From: an uncultured virus (IMG/VR IMGVR_UViG_3300029985_000038)
Lineage: Duplodnaviria > Heunggongvirae > Uroviricota > Caudoviricetes
DNA: 64,000 bases
IMG/VR virus record: IMGVR_UViG_3300029985_000038
Direction: 5' to 3' (one strand)
The translations under genes were made by a program, and so were the position numbers. Of the stretch, positions 19,122-29,740 are shown in pieces. The notes under the pieces were generated by a model, which saw only the letters and a program-made list of their open reading frames with translations, made no database searches and had not been told where the DNA came from. Position 1 is the stretch's first letter; each line of letters begins with the position of its first letter.

Positions 19122-19693
19122 AATATTTAGTTAAAAAGGGTGATATATTGTATGAGGCTCCATTATTAAATGATTTTAAAAGTTGTTTAATAGTTTATAT
19201 TAAATCACAAATAGTGTTTATAACAAGTTGTAAAATTGTAAATGAGAAAAACTTAGAAACAGTAAACAAGGATATTGAAAAAGAATTAGATAAGATTATT
19301 GAATTAACTGATAGTGGCAATAAGTATTATAATAAGTATTGCGATGAATTTATTATTAAAAAGGTCATGCCCATTGTAAAGTCTATCGGTAATGCAAATC
19401 GTGCAAAGCAAAATTTGCTAGATATAATTACTCGAAAAGAAAATAATATTTTAATTTTACAAAACTTCATTAATAAAATTAAAAGCTGTACCAATTACGA
19501 AACCATAATAGATGCTATTAACGATGAACATATCTTGGACTCCATTGATATGAGTGATTTTGAATTGATTGAGGCTAAATCACAAAATGATTTCATCAGA
19601 GATGTTGTGCCTAAAAAACATAATTGTTTCAAAACTCCTGTGGTTACTAAATTCCTTGATGATGAAGATCCAGAATTCGGGTGGGATCAATGA
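19118..19693 (+). CDS. Hypothetical coiled-coil protein
   Basis: ATGA overlap with upstream gene. Confidence 0.7.
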   Translation: MKYLVKKGDILYEAPLLNDFKSCLIVYIKSQIVFITSCKIVNEKNLETVNKDIEKELDKIIELTDSGNKYYNKYCDEFIIKKVMPIVKSIGNANRAKQNLLDIITRKENNILILQNFINKIKSCTNYETIIDAINDEHILDSIDMSDFELIEAKSQNDFIRDVVPKKHNCFKTPVVTKFLDDEDPEFGWDQ

Positions 19694-20187
19694 AGTATTA
19701 TGTTAAGTTTTTAAGTTTAGATTCTGAGGATTTCACTCTTTATGAGGGTGAAAATTTTCTAGGCTGTTTAAATTTATACTTACGTGCATACTTAGAGGTA
19801 TACGAATACAATCGAAAAGTTATAGTATCTGAGATACACAAACAGGAAATCATTCTCGGTGCGATTCCTCCAAAAGACGCCGCTCACAATAACATTGAAT
19901 ACAATGTTAAGTTTATTGAAAATATTGAAAAGGAACTTGCATTTTACAAAACCAAATTAGTTAAATGCGATAAAGACATTGCGGAAATGATGAAAATTCA
20001 TTCTGAGATGCATCATAAGACATATTATCAAGTTGTACAAATGTTGAATAAATCTCATTTAAACAATGAGTTGTCTTTATGGCGTTTCAAACTTGAGAAA
20101 ATTGCTCCAATTAAGCAGTTTCAAGATTTTGCTAACAAATTAAAGGAAGTAGAGATAGAGGTTATTGATAAATTTGGAGTAAGATAG
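19690..20187 (+). CDS. Hypothetical protein, likely paralog of 19118-19693
   Basis: Shared MKY.VK...LYE...F..CL..Y start. Confidence 0.65.
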   Translation: MKYYVKFLSLDSEDFTLYEGENFLGCLNLYLRAYLEVYEYNRKVIVSEIHKQEIILGAIPPKDAAHNNIEYNVKFIENIEKELAFYKTKLVKCDKDIAEMMKIHSEMHHKTYYQVVQMLNKSHLNNELSLWRFKLEKIAPIKQFQDFANKLKEVEIEVIDKFGVR

Positions 20188-20636
20188 TGGACCTACATAA
20201 ATATATTGAAGATTACGCATTTGATGGTTTTAAAGAAAGATATCCAGAAGTAATTGAATACTTAAAGTATTCATCAGAGTTTTTTGCTGTAACTCGTGGT
20301 TTATGCGGTGATAAGATGAATGATGGCATTTATTATTTCACCGCATCTCGTTTGTCGGACATTAACATGATTGTCATGAAAGCCAGAATGTCCTTAGAAG
20401 ATTATGAGAAATTCATAACTGAATTAGATCGTCTCATTAAGTTAGAACACATGTTGAATGAAGATGCTGAAAAGACTTTCAAGCCACAGCATTTATTGGT
20501 TGAAAATGAAGATGGCACTCAAGAGGTCATTACTGTTATTGAAGTCGAAGACGACGAACCAGTAAAAGACGACGAAGAAGAATTACCTGAGTCATTTGAT
20601 TGGGACCTTAAATCTCTTGAGGAATTTCGTCGTTAA
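20187..20636 (+). CDS. Acidic hypothetical protein
   Basis: ORF track, coupled start. Confidence 0.7.
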   Translation: MDLHKYIEDYAFDGFKERYPEVIEYLKYSSEFFAVTRGLCGDKMNDGIYYFTASRLSDINMIVMKARMSLEDYEKFITELDRLIKLEHMLNEDAEKTFKPQHLLVENEDGTQEVITVIEVEDDEPVKDDEEELPESFDWDLKSLEEFRR

Positions 20637-20650
20637 GAGATTTAAGAGAT

Positions 20651-21409
20651 TTAAGAGAAATATTGTGGATCAGCTTGTCGGCAGGTAATATAAACAGTAT
20701 ACTTGCCGACAAAGTTCTTTGTATATTTATACGAAATACTCATATTCGAGAACTGACTTATTTTCTTAACTGCCACTAGAATTGCATTAGCATCTTCTTT
20801 ATTTTTATTATTAGCTGTTAATGTAAATTCTGTGTCGCCTCCACGTACCAATCGTTTCATAAGTTCATTTTCAATATTAGCAGCTATTTCATTTTCAAGA
20901 TCATTAAACACTCTCCAATCGCTAGGTTCAAACGCTCTATTAACTTTACGTTCTTTTCTAGGTTGTTTATTAGTAAAATCTTGCATTCTCTGAAAGTTTT
21001 CTTGTTCTGTTTTAGTACGAGCCGCAGCTTCTTGTTGTTTGCGCATAGCTTCTTCAGCGGCTTTTTGTTGTGAATCTACACCACCAGCTAAATATTGATC
21101 ATACATATTACGATCTGCTGGATTAATTAAAACACCATGTGCCAAATTCAATGCTTGAATAATATCTTTAGCTCTTGGATGATTACTAACATCTGGATGA
21201 TGTTTTTGTACTAATCTTCGATAAGCGGCTTTAAGGTCTGCATTTTCCGCTTTAGGTGAAACGCCTAATAATTGATAAAAATTCGCATTATGTTCAGCAT
21301 GATAATTATCTACATCTTGATTTATAGCTATTCTTATTAAATAATTATCTATTTTGTCTGCCAGAACAGGGTTCTTAGCGTCTATATGTGTAGCAAAATC
21401 TGAAAGCAT
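20651..21409 (-). CDS. J-domain (DnaJ-like) protein
   Basis: FYQLLGV...AYRRLVQKHHPD. Confidence 0.9.
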   Translation of the reverse strand: MLSDFATHIDAKNPVLADKIDNYLIRIAINQDVDNYHAEHNANFYQLLGVSPKAENADLKAAYRRLVQKHHPDVSNHPRAKDIIQALNLAHGVLINPADRNMYDQYLAGGVDSQQKAAEEAMRKQQEAAARTKTEQENFQRMQDFTNKQPRKERKVNRAFEPSDWRVFNDLENEIAANIENELMKRLVRGGDTEFTLTANNKNKEDANAILVAVKKISQFSNMSISYKYTKNFVGKYTVYITCRQADPQYFS

Positions 21410-21449
21410 ATTTAGATTTTCTAAAATAATCTAAATATACCTTCAAAAT

Positions 21450-22079
21450 TTAGTTGCAACACCTATTATTTTGTCTAATTTGCGTAGAACTCACGTTCAT
21501 AAATTCATTACTACATAAATGTCCTCCAAACATATTAGAAGGTTTTTCTGGAAGATCGTTATAGGTTTTATCACACCTATCATAAACCCAAAAAGTAGCT
21601 CTAATACCTTGTATTCCGAGTTTTGTATCATCGCTCAGAATTCTAGTTGCCGTATCATATCCAAGATGAAAATGCAATTCTACTTCTTTACGGAAGCAGC
21701 CAGCTTTACGAGCAAAGAAATCTGCATTAGTGATAACCACGAATTCATCTTCTTCAAACTGTTCTAATCGTGTAATTAAATCGTCTAATGATAGAGGTTC
21801 TTTTTCTCTGCGCTTTAGGGAGAGTTCATAAGCGGTAAAACGCCCGAAACAATCTTTAACGCTTTTACTAAGGTTACGATGTCCACCATGAAGTGGATTA
21901 AAGCTACCTGGAATCAGATGAATAATTCCAAGTGAATAGTTGATACAACCATCAAGCTTATTATAGAAGAAATAATTAATTTCTTTATTCAAGATGGCGT
22001 TATAACCTCTTTCAATTTGTTGTTTATGCAATTCGTTCAACTGTAACTCCCCGATATATACCGCACACTGCAACTGCAT
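21450..22079 (-). CDS. Nucleotidyltransferase, NMN/NaMN adenylyltransferase-like
   Basis: GSFNPLHGGH and SSTQIR motifs. Confidence 0.75.
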   Translation of the reverse strand: MQLQCAVYIGELQLNELHKQQIERGYNAILNKEINYFFYNKLDGCINYSLGIIHLIPGSFNPLHGGHRNLSKSVKDCFGRFTAYELSLKRREKEPLSLDDLITRLEQFEEDEFVVITNADFFARKAGCFRKEVELHFHLGYDTATRILSDDTKLGIQGIRATFWVYDRCDKTYNDLPEKPSNMFGGHLCSNEFMNVSSTQIRQNNRCCN

Positions 22080-22659
22080 ATTCTCTACTACTGCTTGTAG
22101 CTGTATATTCTCTACTACTACTTGAAGTTAACAATTTCCATAGTACATACATTACAAAAATGTCCTGTTTTGTTCTATGTGTTGCAAGATTATCAATAGC
22201 ATTATATTCGTCTTCCGTCATTTTATCAAACTTAACTCTATAGACTTCATCATCAATAGCGAGATATGCTTGATCGTCACTTCTTCGGAAGCGATTAGTA
22301 ATCAATCCACCAGTACAGACAACCTTAGTGACTGTATCTCCCCACTTTGCTTGAAGCGAGTCTTGAAGGATTTTACAGCCTTCTACGCTAACTGACGATA
22401 TCTTTTCCGTGGTATCTGTTTTAAGTGCCTCAAAAGCCTCTGTAGCGTAAGGAATGTAGATATCATGAACAACCTTACTTGCCCCAGGAATAGTAATAAG
22501 ACTTCCCCATTGTCCACCAGCCCCAGTTGTAATGATGGCTAGTTTCTTTGTGTGGTGGATAGGATAGTCTGTGACTAGATCATTCAAAATACTGTTAACA
22601 ACTTCTTGATCCATCCAGTCAAGATTTAGATCTGTTGCGATAATGGAATTTGCGTTCAT
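22024..22659 (-). CDS. CinA C-terminal/PncC-like protein
   Basis: TGAGG...IPGASKVV...PY pattern; start after TATAAT. Confidence 0.55.
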   Translation of the reverse strand: MNANSIIATDLNLDWMDQEVVNSILNDLVTDYPIHHTKKLAIITTGAGGQWGSLITIPGASKVVHDIYIPYATEAFEALKTDTTEKISSVSVEGCKILQDSLQAKWGDTVTKVVCTGGLITNRFRRSDDQAYLAIDDEVYRVKFDKMTEDEYNAIDNLATHRTKQDIFVMYVLWKLLTSSSSREYTATSSSREYAVAVCGIYRGVTVERIA

Positions 22660-22730
22660 GCATTTATTATAGCAGGGTGAATCACTGGGTGTCAAGAGGA
22701 AGAAGAGTATGTGTATAAGAAATATTATCT

Positions 22731-22952
22731 ATGAACACAGATAAAGTTTTACTCAATCTTATCAGAAATTTTGCCAAAGAAGTTATGGAATTTAGTGATC
22801 GTGATGACTTAGTTCAACTTTGTGACATCACTCTTGTTGAATGTACAGACGAAAATATGGAAGTTGTTTTCAAAGAGTTAGCTGAATATCGCTGGATTTA
22901 TGATGCTTGGATTGAACATATTCAAGAATTAGGATTGTTAAAACAATCCTAA
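22731..22952 (+). CDS. Hypothetical protein
   Basis: ORF track. Confidence 0.6.
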   Translation: MNTDKVLLNLIRNFAKEVMEFSDRDDLVQLCDITLVECTDENMEVVFKELAEYRWIYDAWIEHIQELGLLKQS

Positions 22953-23408
22953 TTAAATTGGATTTTTCTTTAGCGCAGCATGAAAACCTTCCAATTTCTT
23001 AAATAATGCTTGCTTTGTTTTTGGCATTATCTTTTTCATAGATTCAATAAATAATGTTTTTGGAATGGTTACAGGGTTTTTGTTAAAAGCGTTTTTTGAA
23101 TTAAATATTACATTTTCCTCTTCGATATTAACTGTGTACTGTTCTGTCATGGGATTAAACCAACAAGGCGAAGGTCTTTCTGGAAATTCTATAATAGTTC
23201 CACTATTACCAATAGCATCCCAAACAGTTTTGGCTTCTATTGGTAATAGATCAACATAACCATGATCCTTATGACTAAATCTATCAAAATTATTTTTAGG
23301 TGCATCAACACTATCAATAGTCCAATAAATTGTACCATGTGTTACGGTGCCAGCCACTAATTCTTTATCATCAAACTTGTTGCTATACATAGCTATGTTC
23401 ATACTCAT
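22953..23408 (-). CDS. Hypothetical protein
   Basis: ORF track, part of minus-strand run. Confidence 0.65.
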   Translation of the reverse strand: MSMNIAMYSNKFDDKELVAGTVTHGTIYWTIDSVDAPKNNFDRFSHKDHGYVDLLPIEAKTVWDAIGNSGTIIEFPERPSPCWFNPMTEQYTVNIEEENVIFNSKNAFNKNPVTIPKTLFIESMKKIMPKTKQALFKKLEGFHAALKKNPI

Positions 23409-23411
23409 AAT

Positions 23412-23714
23412 TTATTTCTCATTTTTAGGTGTTCTATTAAATTCCCATGTTCCATCAGGAAGAATTTCCCAACAATGAGGGTACATAATACGAGAAAGTT
23501 CTGGTTTTTCCGTTGATAACCTCATAAAAAATTCTCCCCATAAATTTTCTGTCTTTTCAATAAAGTCAGAAAAAACTTCAAGATCAGAATTATTACGTAG
23601 TGTTGAACAAACTTTCCTAAATGATTCAATTATTGTTTGGTATTCATGTAAAATCCAATATTGATCATATTGTTCTTCTAATTGTTCTTTTGTGGTGAAT
23701 TTTGATGTTTCCAT
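23412..23714 (-). CDS. Hypothetical protein
   Basis: TATAAT-N5-ATG. Confidence 0.7.
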   Translation of the reverse strand: METSKFTTKEQLEEQYDQYWILHEYQTIIESFRKVCSTLRNNSDLEVFSDFIEKTENLWGEFFMRLSTEKPELSRIMYPHCWEILPDGTWEFNRTPKNEK

Positions 23715-23726
23715 GAACTATTATAC

Positions 23727-24185
23727 TTATACTTGTGCCTCTATGTTAGATGGATGATTCCAAGGAATTCTATTATTTTTAGCATCATAGAATTGAATAT
23801 TATAAGGTTCTATTATAGCATTCAATAATGCTTGTCTTTGTTCTTTTGTTTCAGATATATTTAATGTTCTATCAACATATTTCAATACTGTTTTTTCGTT
23901 TTTTGTAGTTGCACCTGGATGTAACTTCAAAAAGTCTTCAATCAATTGCTTTTCTTTAGTTGTATAGTAATTCTTATAGTAATTCTTTTGTTCATCTGCA
24001 AGTCTTTTTCTTTCTTTAATTTCTACAACTGTTTCTGGGCGACGACCAACGATAAAGTATTCACCATCGCTTCCATCAATTCCAAAACTATCAAAACCTG
24101 AAAGTGTTTCTAATTTATCAGCGGCTGTGCGTAAAGATTCTGGAGTGATTTCATTAATATCAAATAATGATTGTGTAATGTTCAT
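23727..24185 (-). CDS. Hypothetical protein
   Basis: TATAAT-N5-ATG. Confidence 0.7.
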   Translation of the reverse strand: MNITQSLFDINEITPESLRTAADKLETLSGFDSFGIDGSDGEYFIVGRRPETVVEIKERKRLADEQKNYYKNYYTTKEKQLIEDFLKLHPGATTKNEKTVLKYVDRTLNISETKEQRQALLNAIIEPYNIQFYDAKNNRIPWNHPSNIEAQV

Positions 24186-24327
24186 AAGTTATTATATATC
24201 ATCTTTCTTTATTATTACAGTCTCGCCATCCACAATTTTAATTAATGTGTGTGGATCACATTTTGCACCCATTCGATATCCTGATGCGAATTCGACAAAC
24301 ACCCAAAATTCTTTTTTAAATTTAGGA

Positions 24328-24735
24328 TCACGCAGTTTTTGTTTCAGTTTTTGGAACATATTCTTCTCTTAAACGCGCCATTTCAGGTTCTAGTAATGAC
24401 TTAACGTATTCATACGTTGGAATTTCATCACTAAAAAGAATAATTTGTGGTTCTTTGGGCATGTGGTTCAATTTCGAATAAGTATCTTCATCTTCAAATG
24501 GATGAATAATTTCCCTTCCTGAATCAACAACTAAAGCATGGTATTGTCTTTTTTCATTATCGGTAGTTTGAATCATCCACCAATGTCCTTCATCCCAATT
24601 TGCTGATGCTTTCACAAACACGCTACAAATCCAAATGAATTCGCCCAATTGTTGTTTAGAGCATCCAGCAAACCAATAATTTGTGTTCTTAGGAATTATC
24701 ATGATTATCCATTTTAAATTCGATATACTTATCAA
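24328..24735 (-). CDS. Hypothetical protein
   Basis: ORF track; start uncertain. Confidence 0.55.
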   Translation of the reverse strand: MISISNLKWIIMIIPKNTNYWFAGCSKQQLGEFIWICSVFVKASANWDEGHWWMIQTTDNEKRQYHALVVDSGREIIHPFEDEDTYSKLNHMPKEPQIILFSDEIPTYEYVKSLLEPEMARLREEYVPKTETKTA

Positions 24736-24955
24736 ACCATTCTCTTTTGATCATAAAATCAACACCGGTTTGCATTCTAATTAAACCCATTTGTTCATTA
24801 TAATCTCTAGAGTAAACGACCTTATCAATTTCGATATAAACGAAACCAAAATCTTGAGCAACATGGTTGCCATAAGCGCCACTTTCTAACGCTTCAACGC
24901 CTTCGTGCGGGATTGCAAATACATTCTTATTCATACTGTGGATTATATCATCCAA
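24689..24955 (-). CDS. Hypothetical protein
   Basis: ORF track. Confidence 0.55.
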   Translation of the reverse strand: MDDIIHSMNKNVFAIPHEGVEALESGAYGNHVAQDFGFVYIEIDKVVYSRDYNEQMGLIRMQTGVDFMIKREWFDKYIEFKMDNHDNS

Positions 24956-25326
24956 TAAGGATCTTTGTCAAGGTTCTTTAAGAAGTCTTCAAGAAATTCC
25001 GCAGTTTTTGGCGCTTTCTCTGAGAGTTTTGCCAATCCTGTACCCAATCCATTTTCAGAAATAACAATAGGTTTATCTCTAGGAACTTGCTGGAAGGACC
25101 AAATAATAGCAGAGATATTTCCCATGTATTCATCATCGGTAAAGAAACTTTGCTCAGTCATTGCCGGTAATTTTTTAGTAGGAATTCCAAAAGCATTTGG
25201 TAGTCCTCTAATTGCGGCTTGGGCAGCCATTCCTCTATTTATTAAATTATCACCAAATAAATAGTTTCTATGATTATCTTTTTCTACTTCTTCTCTTGTG
25301 AAGAAGCCTTTATGAACTACAAGCAT
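24943..25326 (-). CDS. Macro-domain-like phage protein
   Basis: YLFGDNL...QAAIRG.PNAFGIPTKK...GLGTGLA. Confidence 0.6.
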   Translation of the reverse strand: MLVVHKGFFTREEVEKDNHRNYLFGDNLINRGMAAQAAIRGLPNAFGIPTKKLPAMTEQSFFTDDEYMGNISAIIWSFQQVPRDKPIVISENGLGTGLAKLSEKAPKTAEFLEDFLKNLDKDPYWMI

Positions 25327-25360
25327 GGCATTATTATAGCCTAATCAAGTAGAATAAGAC

Positions 25361-25681
25361 ATGGAACAAGAAAAGACACCAATAACTTTACAATCAAAGC
25401 CTGAAACCCCTACAGAGATTTATGAATATTTAAATTTAATCGAAGGCGAATTGAATATGTCAGATCGCAGATGTTTTCGAAGAACCATTCTTCGTTTAAA
25501 GATGACCTTAAATATTAAGAACCAAGCTATTACAGTTTTATATTGTATTATTTTTGGAATTATTGCTGTAATTACTCACACTGTTTGGCTTTGGTTAGTC
25601 ATTTTGGTTGGTGGCATTAATTGGATTGGTGGTTTTTTACAGAACATCAGATATTATACCGAAATAAATTCTCTAGATTAA
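25361..25681 (+). CDS. Membrane protein
   Basis: Two hydrophobic helices. Confidence 0.65.
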   Translation: MEQEKTPITLQSKPETPTEIYEYLNLIEGELNMSDRRCFRRTILRLKMTLNIKNQAITVLYCIIFGIIAVITHTVWLWLVILVGGINWIGGFLQNIRYYTEINSLD

Positions 25682-26208
25682 TCTAGAGAATTTGATAATT
25701 CTGTATACGTTGCACCACATTCTATAATGTACTTTTTAGTCTTTTCAAATGCGGCACCCCAACGTTCGAGTGCGTTTGCAGAAGGTTCAGGGAAAACAAA
25801 GTGTGTAATTCCAGCTTGTAACATTTGAACACAACACCTATCACATGGAGCGAAAGGATAAGTATAAAGTGTACATCCTCTCACTGGTTGACCAGCAAAG
25901 ATCAAAGCATTAATTTCGGCATGTACAACGCGAGATAGCTTCTCTTCTCTATTAGTATACCATTCTTCTTTATCTTCCATTTCTTGTGGAAACCCATTAA
26001 ATCCAATTGATGCTATTGTCTTATTAGGTCTAATAATAGCTGCGCCAACTTTTGTTGATGGATCGCGCGAAAATGTCGAAATTAATCTTGCTAATTGCAT
26101 AAAACGATAATCCCATTTATTTTCATTAACAGGCGCGGACATAGCAATGACATTCCAAGCTTCTTCATAATTTAAATAATTTCCGATTAATTCTCCTAAG
26201 TTACCCAT
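25678..26208 (-). CDS. dCMP deaminase family protein
   Basis: SRDPSTKVGA, HAEINA, PCDRC. Confidence 0.92.
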   Translation of the reverse strand: MGNLGELIGNYLNYEEAWNVIAMSAPVNENKWDYRFMQLARLISTFSRDPSTKVGAAIIRPNKTIASIGFNGFPQEMEDKEEWYTNREEKLSRVVHAEINALIFAGQPVRGCTLYTYPFAPCDRCCVQMLQAGITHFVFPEPSANALERWGAAFEKTKKYIIECGATYTELSNSLD

Positions 26209-26226
26209 ATCTAATTATAATGAGTT

Positions 26227-27504
26227 ATGAGAGTTGTCGTTATAGGGTTGGGATATTCTGGCATTGCCACTGCGTTAAGTTTGTGCGAAATCGGTCACAC
26301 AGTTGTTGGAATAGATATCAATCCTAATAAGGTTGTATCTTTGAACATGGGAAAAAGTCCAGTATATGAACCTGACACTGATCATCTTATTTACAAATAT
26401 GTTAATGAAAACAAATTAATGTTCAGAGATAATTACAGTTTAGTTAGTACATGTCAAGCAGTAATGTTCTGTGTAAACGCTGGTTTAAATAATGAATTCG
26501 GATTAGAATACAATGAATTAGCTACAGCAGTTAAAAGTGTCATACCACATACAAAATCAAATATTCCTTTGATTATACGTACAACGGTAGAACCAGGCAC
26601 TTGTCAAAATCTTTATGAATTCCTTGAAAGAGAAGCACCTTTTACGGATATCAGTCTCATTTACTTTCCTGATTTTTCAAAACATGGTACAGCCATGCGG
26701 GATAATCTTTTTCCAGATCGTATTGTTATTGGTTGTAGCAATAGAAAACATGCAGAAGTAGTATGCGAATTATACGCAAACAATTGTAAGACATTTGTTA
26801 TTACAAGCTGGGTAAACGCAGAGATTATCAAATTAAGTTCTGATGTTTTCCTTGCCACTAAAATTTCTTATATTAACTTGCTTTCGCGCCTTTCTGATGC
26901 ATTAGGTGGAGATATCGAAGATATATCATTAGGATTAGGTTTAGATTCTCGCATCAATCCTGGCGCATTGCAAGCTGGCATGGGTTGGGGTGGAAGTGAG
27001 TTACCTAAAGATGTTATGGTCTTCAATCGTATGCTCACAGAAATAGGTATTGACAACCACATAATCAATGGTGTAATCGGTATTAACGATAACCAGGTCA
27101 CTTATCTAGCTAATAAGATTGAAAAAGCCTTAAAGGGCTTAAAAGGCAAAGAAATCGCCATATTAGGTTTGACATACAAGCCTGATACAGATGATATCAG
27201 TGATAGTAAGAGTATGGAATTGGCAAGATACTTAATGTTACGTGGTGCGGTTATTAAGGTATACGATCCAATTAGGAATGATAAGATTCCTAATTTCAAA
27301 GCAGATCATTACGTAGACATTGAGAAGACTATAGCGTATTCCCAGGCGGTTATTGTGGCTACTCCTTGGAAAGATTTTAGTAATCTCAATTGGGTTGACA
27401 TAAAGAATTGGATGGGTGGAAGTTTAATTGTTGACGCCCAAAACACTTTAAATCGCCAAGACATTGAGGGAGTTGGTCTTAGGTATTTAGGAATCGGAAA
27501 GTAA
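26227..27504 (+). CDS. UDP-glucose/GDP-mannose dehydrogenase family protein, catalytic Cys replaced
   Basis: GLGYSG Rossmann motif, PDRIVIG, GGSELPKD, LGLTYKPDTDD. Confidence 0.88.
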   Translation: MRVVVIGLGYSGIATALSLCEIGHTVVGIDINPNKVVSLNMGKSPVYEPDTDHLIYKYVNENKLMFRDNYSLVSTCQAVMFCVNAGLNNEFGLEYNELATAVKSVIPHTKSNIPLIIRTTVEPGTCQNLYEFLEREAPFTDISLIYFPDFSKHGTAMRDNLFPDRIVIGCSNRKHAEVVCELYANNCKTFVITSWVNAEIIKLSSDVFLATKISYINLLSRLSDALGGDIEDISLGLGLDSRINPGALQAGMGWGGSELPKDVMVFNRMLTEIGIDNHIINGVIGINDNQVTYLANKIEKALKGLKGKEIAILGLTYKPDTDDISDSKSMELARYLMLRGAVIKVYDPIRNDKIPNFKADHYVDIEKTIAYSQAVIVATPWKDFSNLNWVDIKNWMGGSLIVDAQNTLNRQDIEGVGLRYLGIGK

Positions 27505-27540
27505 AAGGATTTTTATTATTGATTTATAAATATATAGATA

Positions 27541-28776
27541 ATGTTAAAATCAATTAAATTTAGAATATATCCAGATAGTATCCAGATTGAACAACTAGAA
27601 AATCAATTTGGATGTTCTCGTTTTATTTATAATTGGGCTTTAGATTATTCTAATTGGGAATACAAAAATAATAAAACACGCACTTTTAAAAAGGATTGGA
27701 AAATATTATTACCAAAGCTCAAGGAGTGGCTTCCTTGGTTGAAAACAACAAATTCTCAATCTCTTCAGGAGGAATTAATACATTTAGAAATTGCTTATAA
27801 AAGATTTTTTAAAAAGCAAGGAAATTATCCTAATTTTAAATCAAAATACGACAATCAATCTTTTTCCGTGCCACAACATTTTAAATTAGAAAATGGATTA
27901 TTATCTATTCCTAAAATTAAAAATATTAAAATTATTGTTTCTAAGCAAATAGGAGGAATATTAAGATCAATAACTATATCAAAAACGAAAACCAATAAAT
28001 ATTTTGCTTCTGTTTTATATGATACAGGATTAGATGCTCCTATATTACCTGTTCCAGATAAAGATAAAGCATTAGGAATAGATTTAGGAATTAAACATTT
28101 TATGATCTTAGATACTGGTTATAAAATTAATAATCCTAAATTTTTAGAAAGAACTTCTAAAAAACTTAGATTGTTAAGTAAAAGTTTGTCTAGAAAACAA
28201 AAATCAAGTAAAAATAGATATAAAGCTAAAATGAAATTAGCTTTATATCACGAGATTATAAGTAATAAACGTAATGATTTTATTCACAAAATAACAAATA
28301 GTATAGTTTGCAAAAAACAAGAAATTAATACAATTTGTGTGGAAAATCTGAATGTTAAAAATATGCTTAAAAATCGAAAACTAGCAAAATCAATCTCTTC
28401 AGTTAGCTGGGGAGAAACTTTAAGACAATTAAAATATAAATGTTTATGGTTTGGAATGAATTTATTACAATGTGATGCTTTTGACCCAACTTCTCGTTTA
28501 TGTAATAATTGTAAATATAAAAATAATGATTTGTTATTATCAGATCGCTATTGGACTTGCAATAACTGCAACACCAAACACGATAGAGACATTAATGCTT
28601 CTAAAAACATTAAGGATTTTGCTTTTAAAAAATTATACCCAAGGGATAATGGGAATTTTAAGTCTGTGGAGATGAAAGCTCTGGTTGAAGTCAATAATAT
28701 TGTCAACGAAACTATTATCTATGAAACAGAAAAATATATTGCGAAATATATTATACATTCAAGAATCGGGCATTAA
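27541..28776 (+). mobile_element. tnpB: IS200/IS605-family TnpB RNA-guided nuclease, no TnpA seen
   Basis: KFRIYP...GCSRFIYN; RuvC GIDLG, ENL, DRDINA; CxxC...CxxC. Confidence 0.93.
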
Positions 28777-29455
28777 CTGTATTTTGCCAATCTTCTTCTG
28801 TGGTGTCCATTTTATCGAAGCATTCCACGGTAAGGTATTTATCTTCCCAGCTAAATGTCTTAGGGTTTTTACCTGAAGCAAGCCACCATTCTGCATCCCA
28901 TCTATTATTCCAATCAAAGGACTGTATTTTTCTTGTTGTCCTAAGATAAGAAGCTTTAGCCCACCAGTAATTTCCACAGAAAAATCTAAAAACGCCTTGT
29001 TTATCGCGCCACACTGAAGTTCCCACTACATCATATTTTTCTAGGTTAACCACGCTATACCTCCAATTTTTAAGAAGATAGAAGTTCATATAATGTCGCC
29101 AGTTGTTGGTAGCTTTGTAGTATTTATTTTCTTTATTATAAGAGGTACCTTTAACATGAAAGTACAATACATCATCGTTATGATTTTGAACATAGTTTTG
29201 AACAAACATTAAAGTTGGAAATTCATATTCTGTAACATTCTTACTAAGATGAGTTACAACGATTTTTTCATAGGGAGCCACCATAATTTTAAGGAACTCA
29301 AAATCTTTTTCTCCACCAATAAAGCAGAAGAATATTTTTGTAGCTTGATCATATAGTTCAGATGTATCCAATAATTCTAGATGTTCTAGGACTATTGATT
29401 TCCATCGCAATATGCCAGCAATGTGGTAAAAAACCGCTATACCTTTATTCTTCAT
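28751..29455 (-). CDS. Glycosyltransferase-like protein
   Basis: YEFPTL, YFHVKG, GNYWWA motifs. Confidence 0.6.
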   Translation of the reverse strand: MKNKGIAVFYHIAGILRWKSIVLEHLELLDTSELYDQATKIFFCFIGGEKDFEFLKIMVAPYEKIVVTHLSKNVTEYEFPTLMFVQNYVQNHNDDVLYFHVKGTSYNKENKYYKATNNWRHYMNFYLLKNWRYSVVNLEKYDVVGTSVWRDKQGVFRFFCGNYWWAKASYLRTTRKIQSFDWNNRWDAEWWLASGKNPKTFSWEDKYLTVECFDKMDTTEEDWQNTVNARFLNV

Positions 29456-29740
29456 ATAATGTTTTTGTACACCATTTAAAAGTATAATAAATCACGAATT
29501 AAGATATCAATAAAATACATATCTTTTATTCAATTATATCTTAACTTATAAAGAGAACATCATCTTCTTCTTCATAATATTCTAACCAATCCGCATAGTC
29601 ACGAGGATGTTCTTGAACATCTTTATTCATTAAAAGAGCAAGACCAACCAACGTGCTTGTAATACAAGTTGCTATAAAAAATCCAAAAATCTTTGTTTTC
29701 ATACTACTATTTATACATTAAATGAGGTATAAATAACGTT

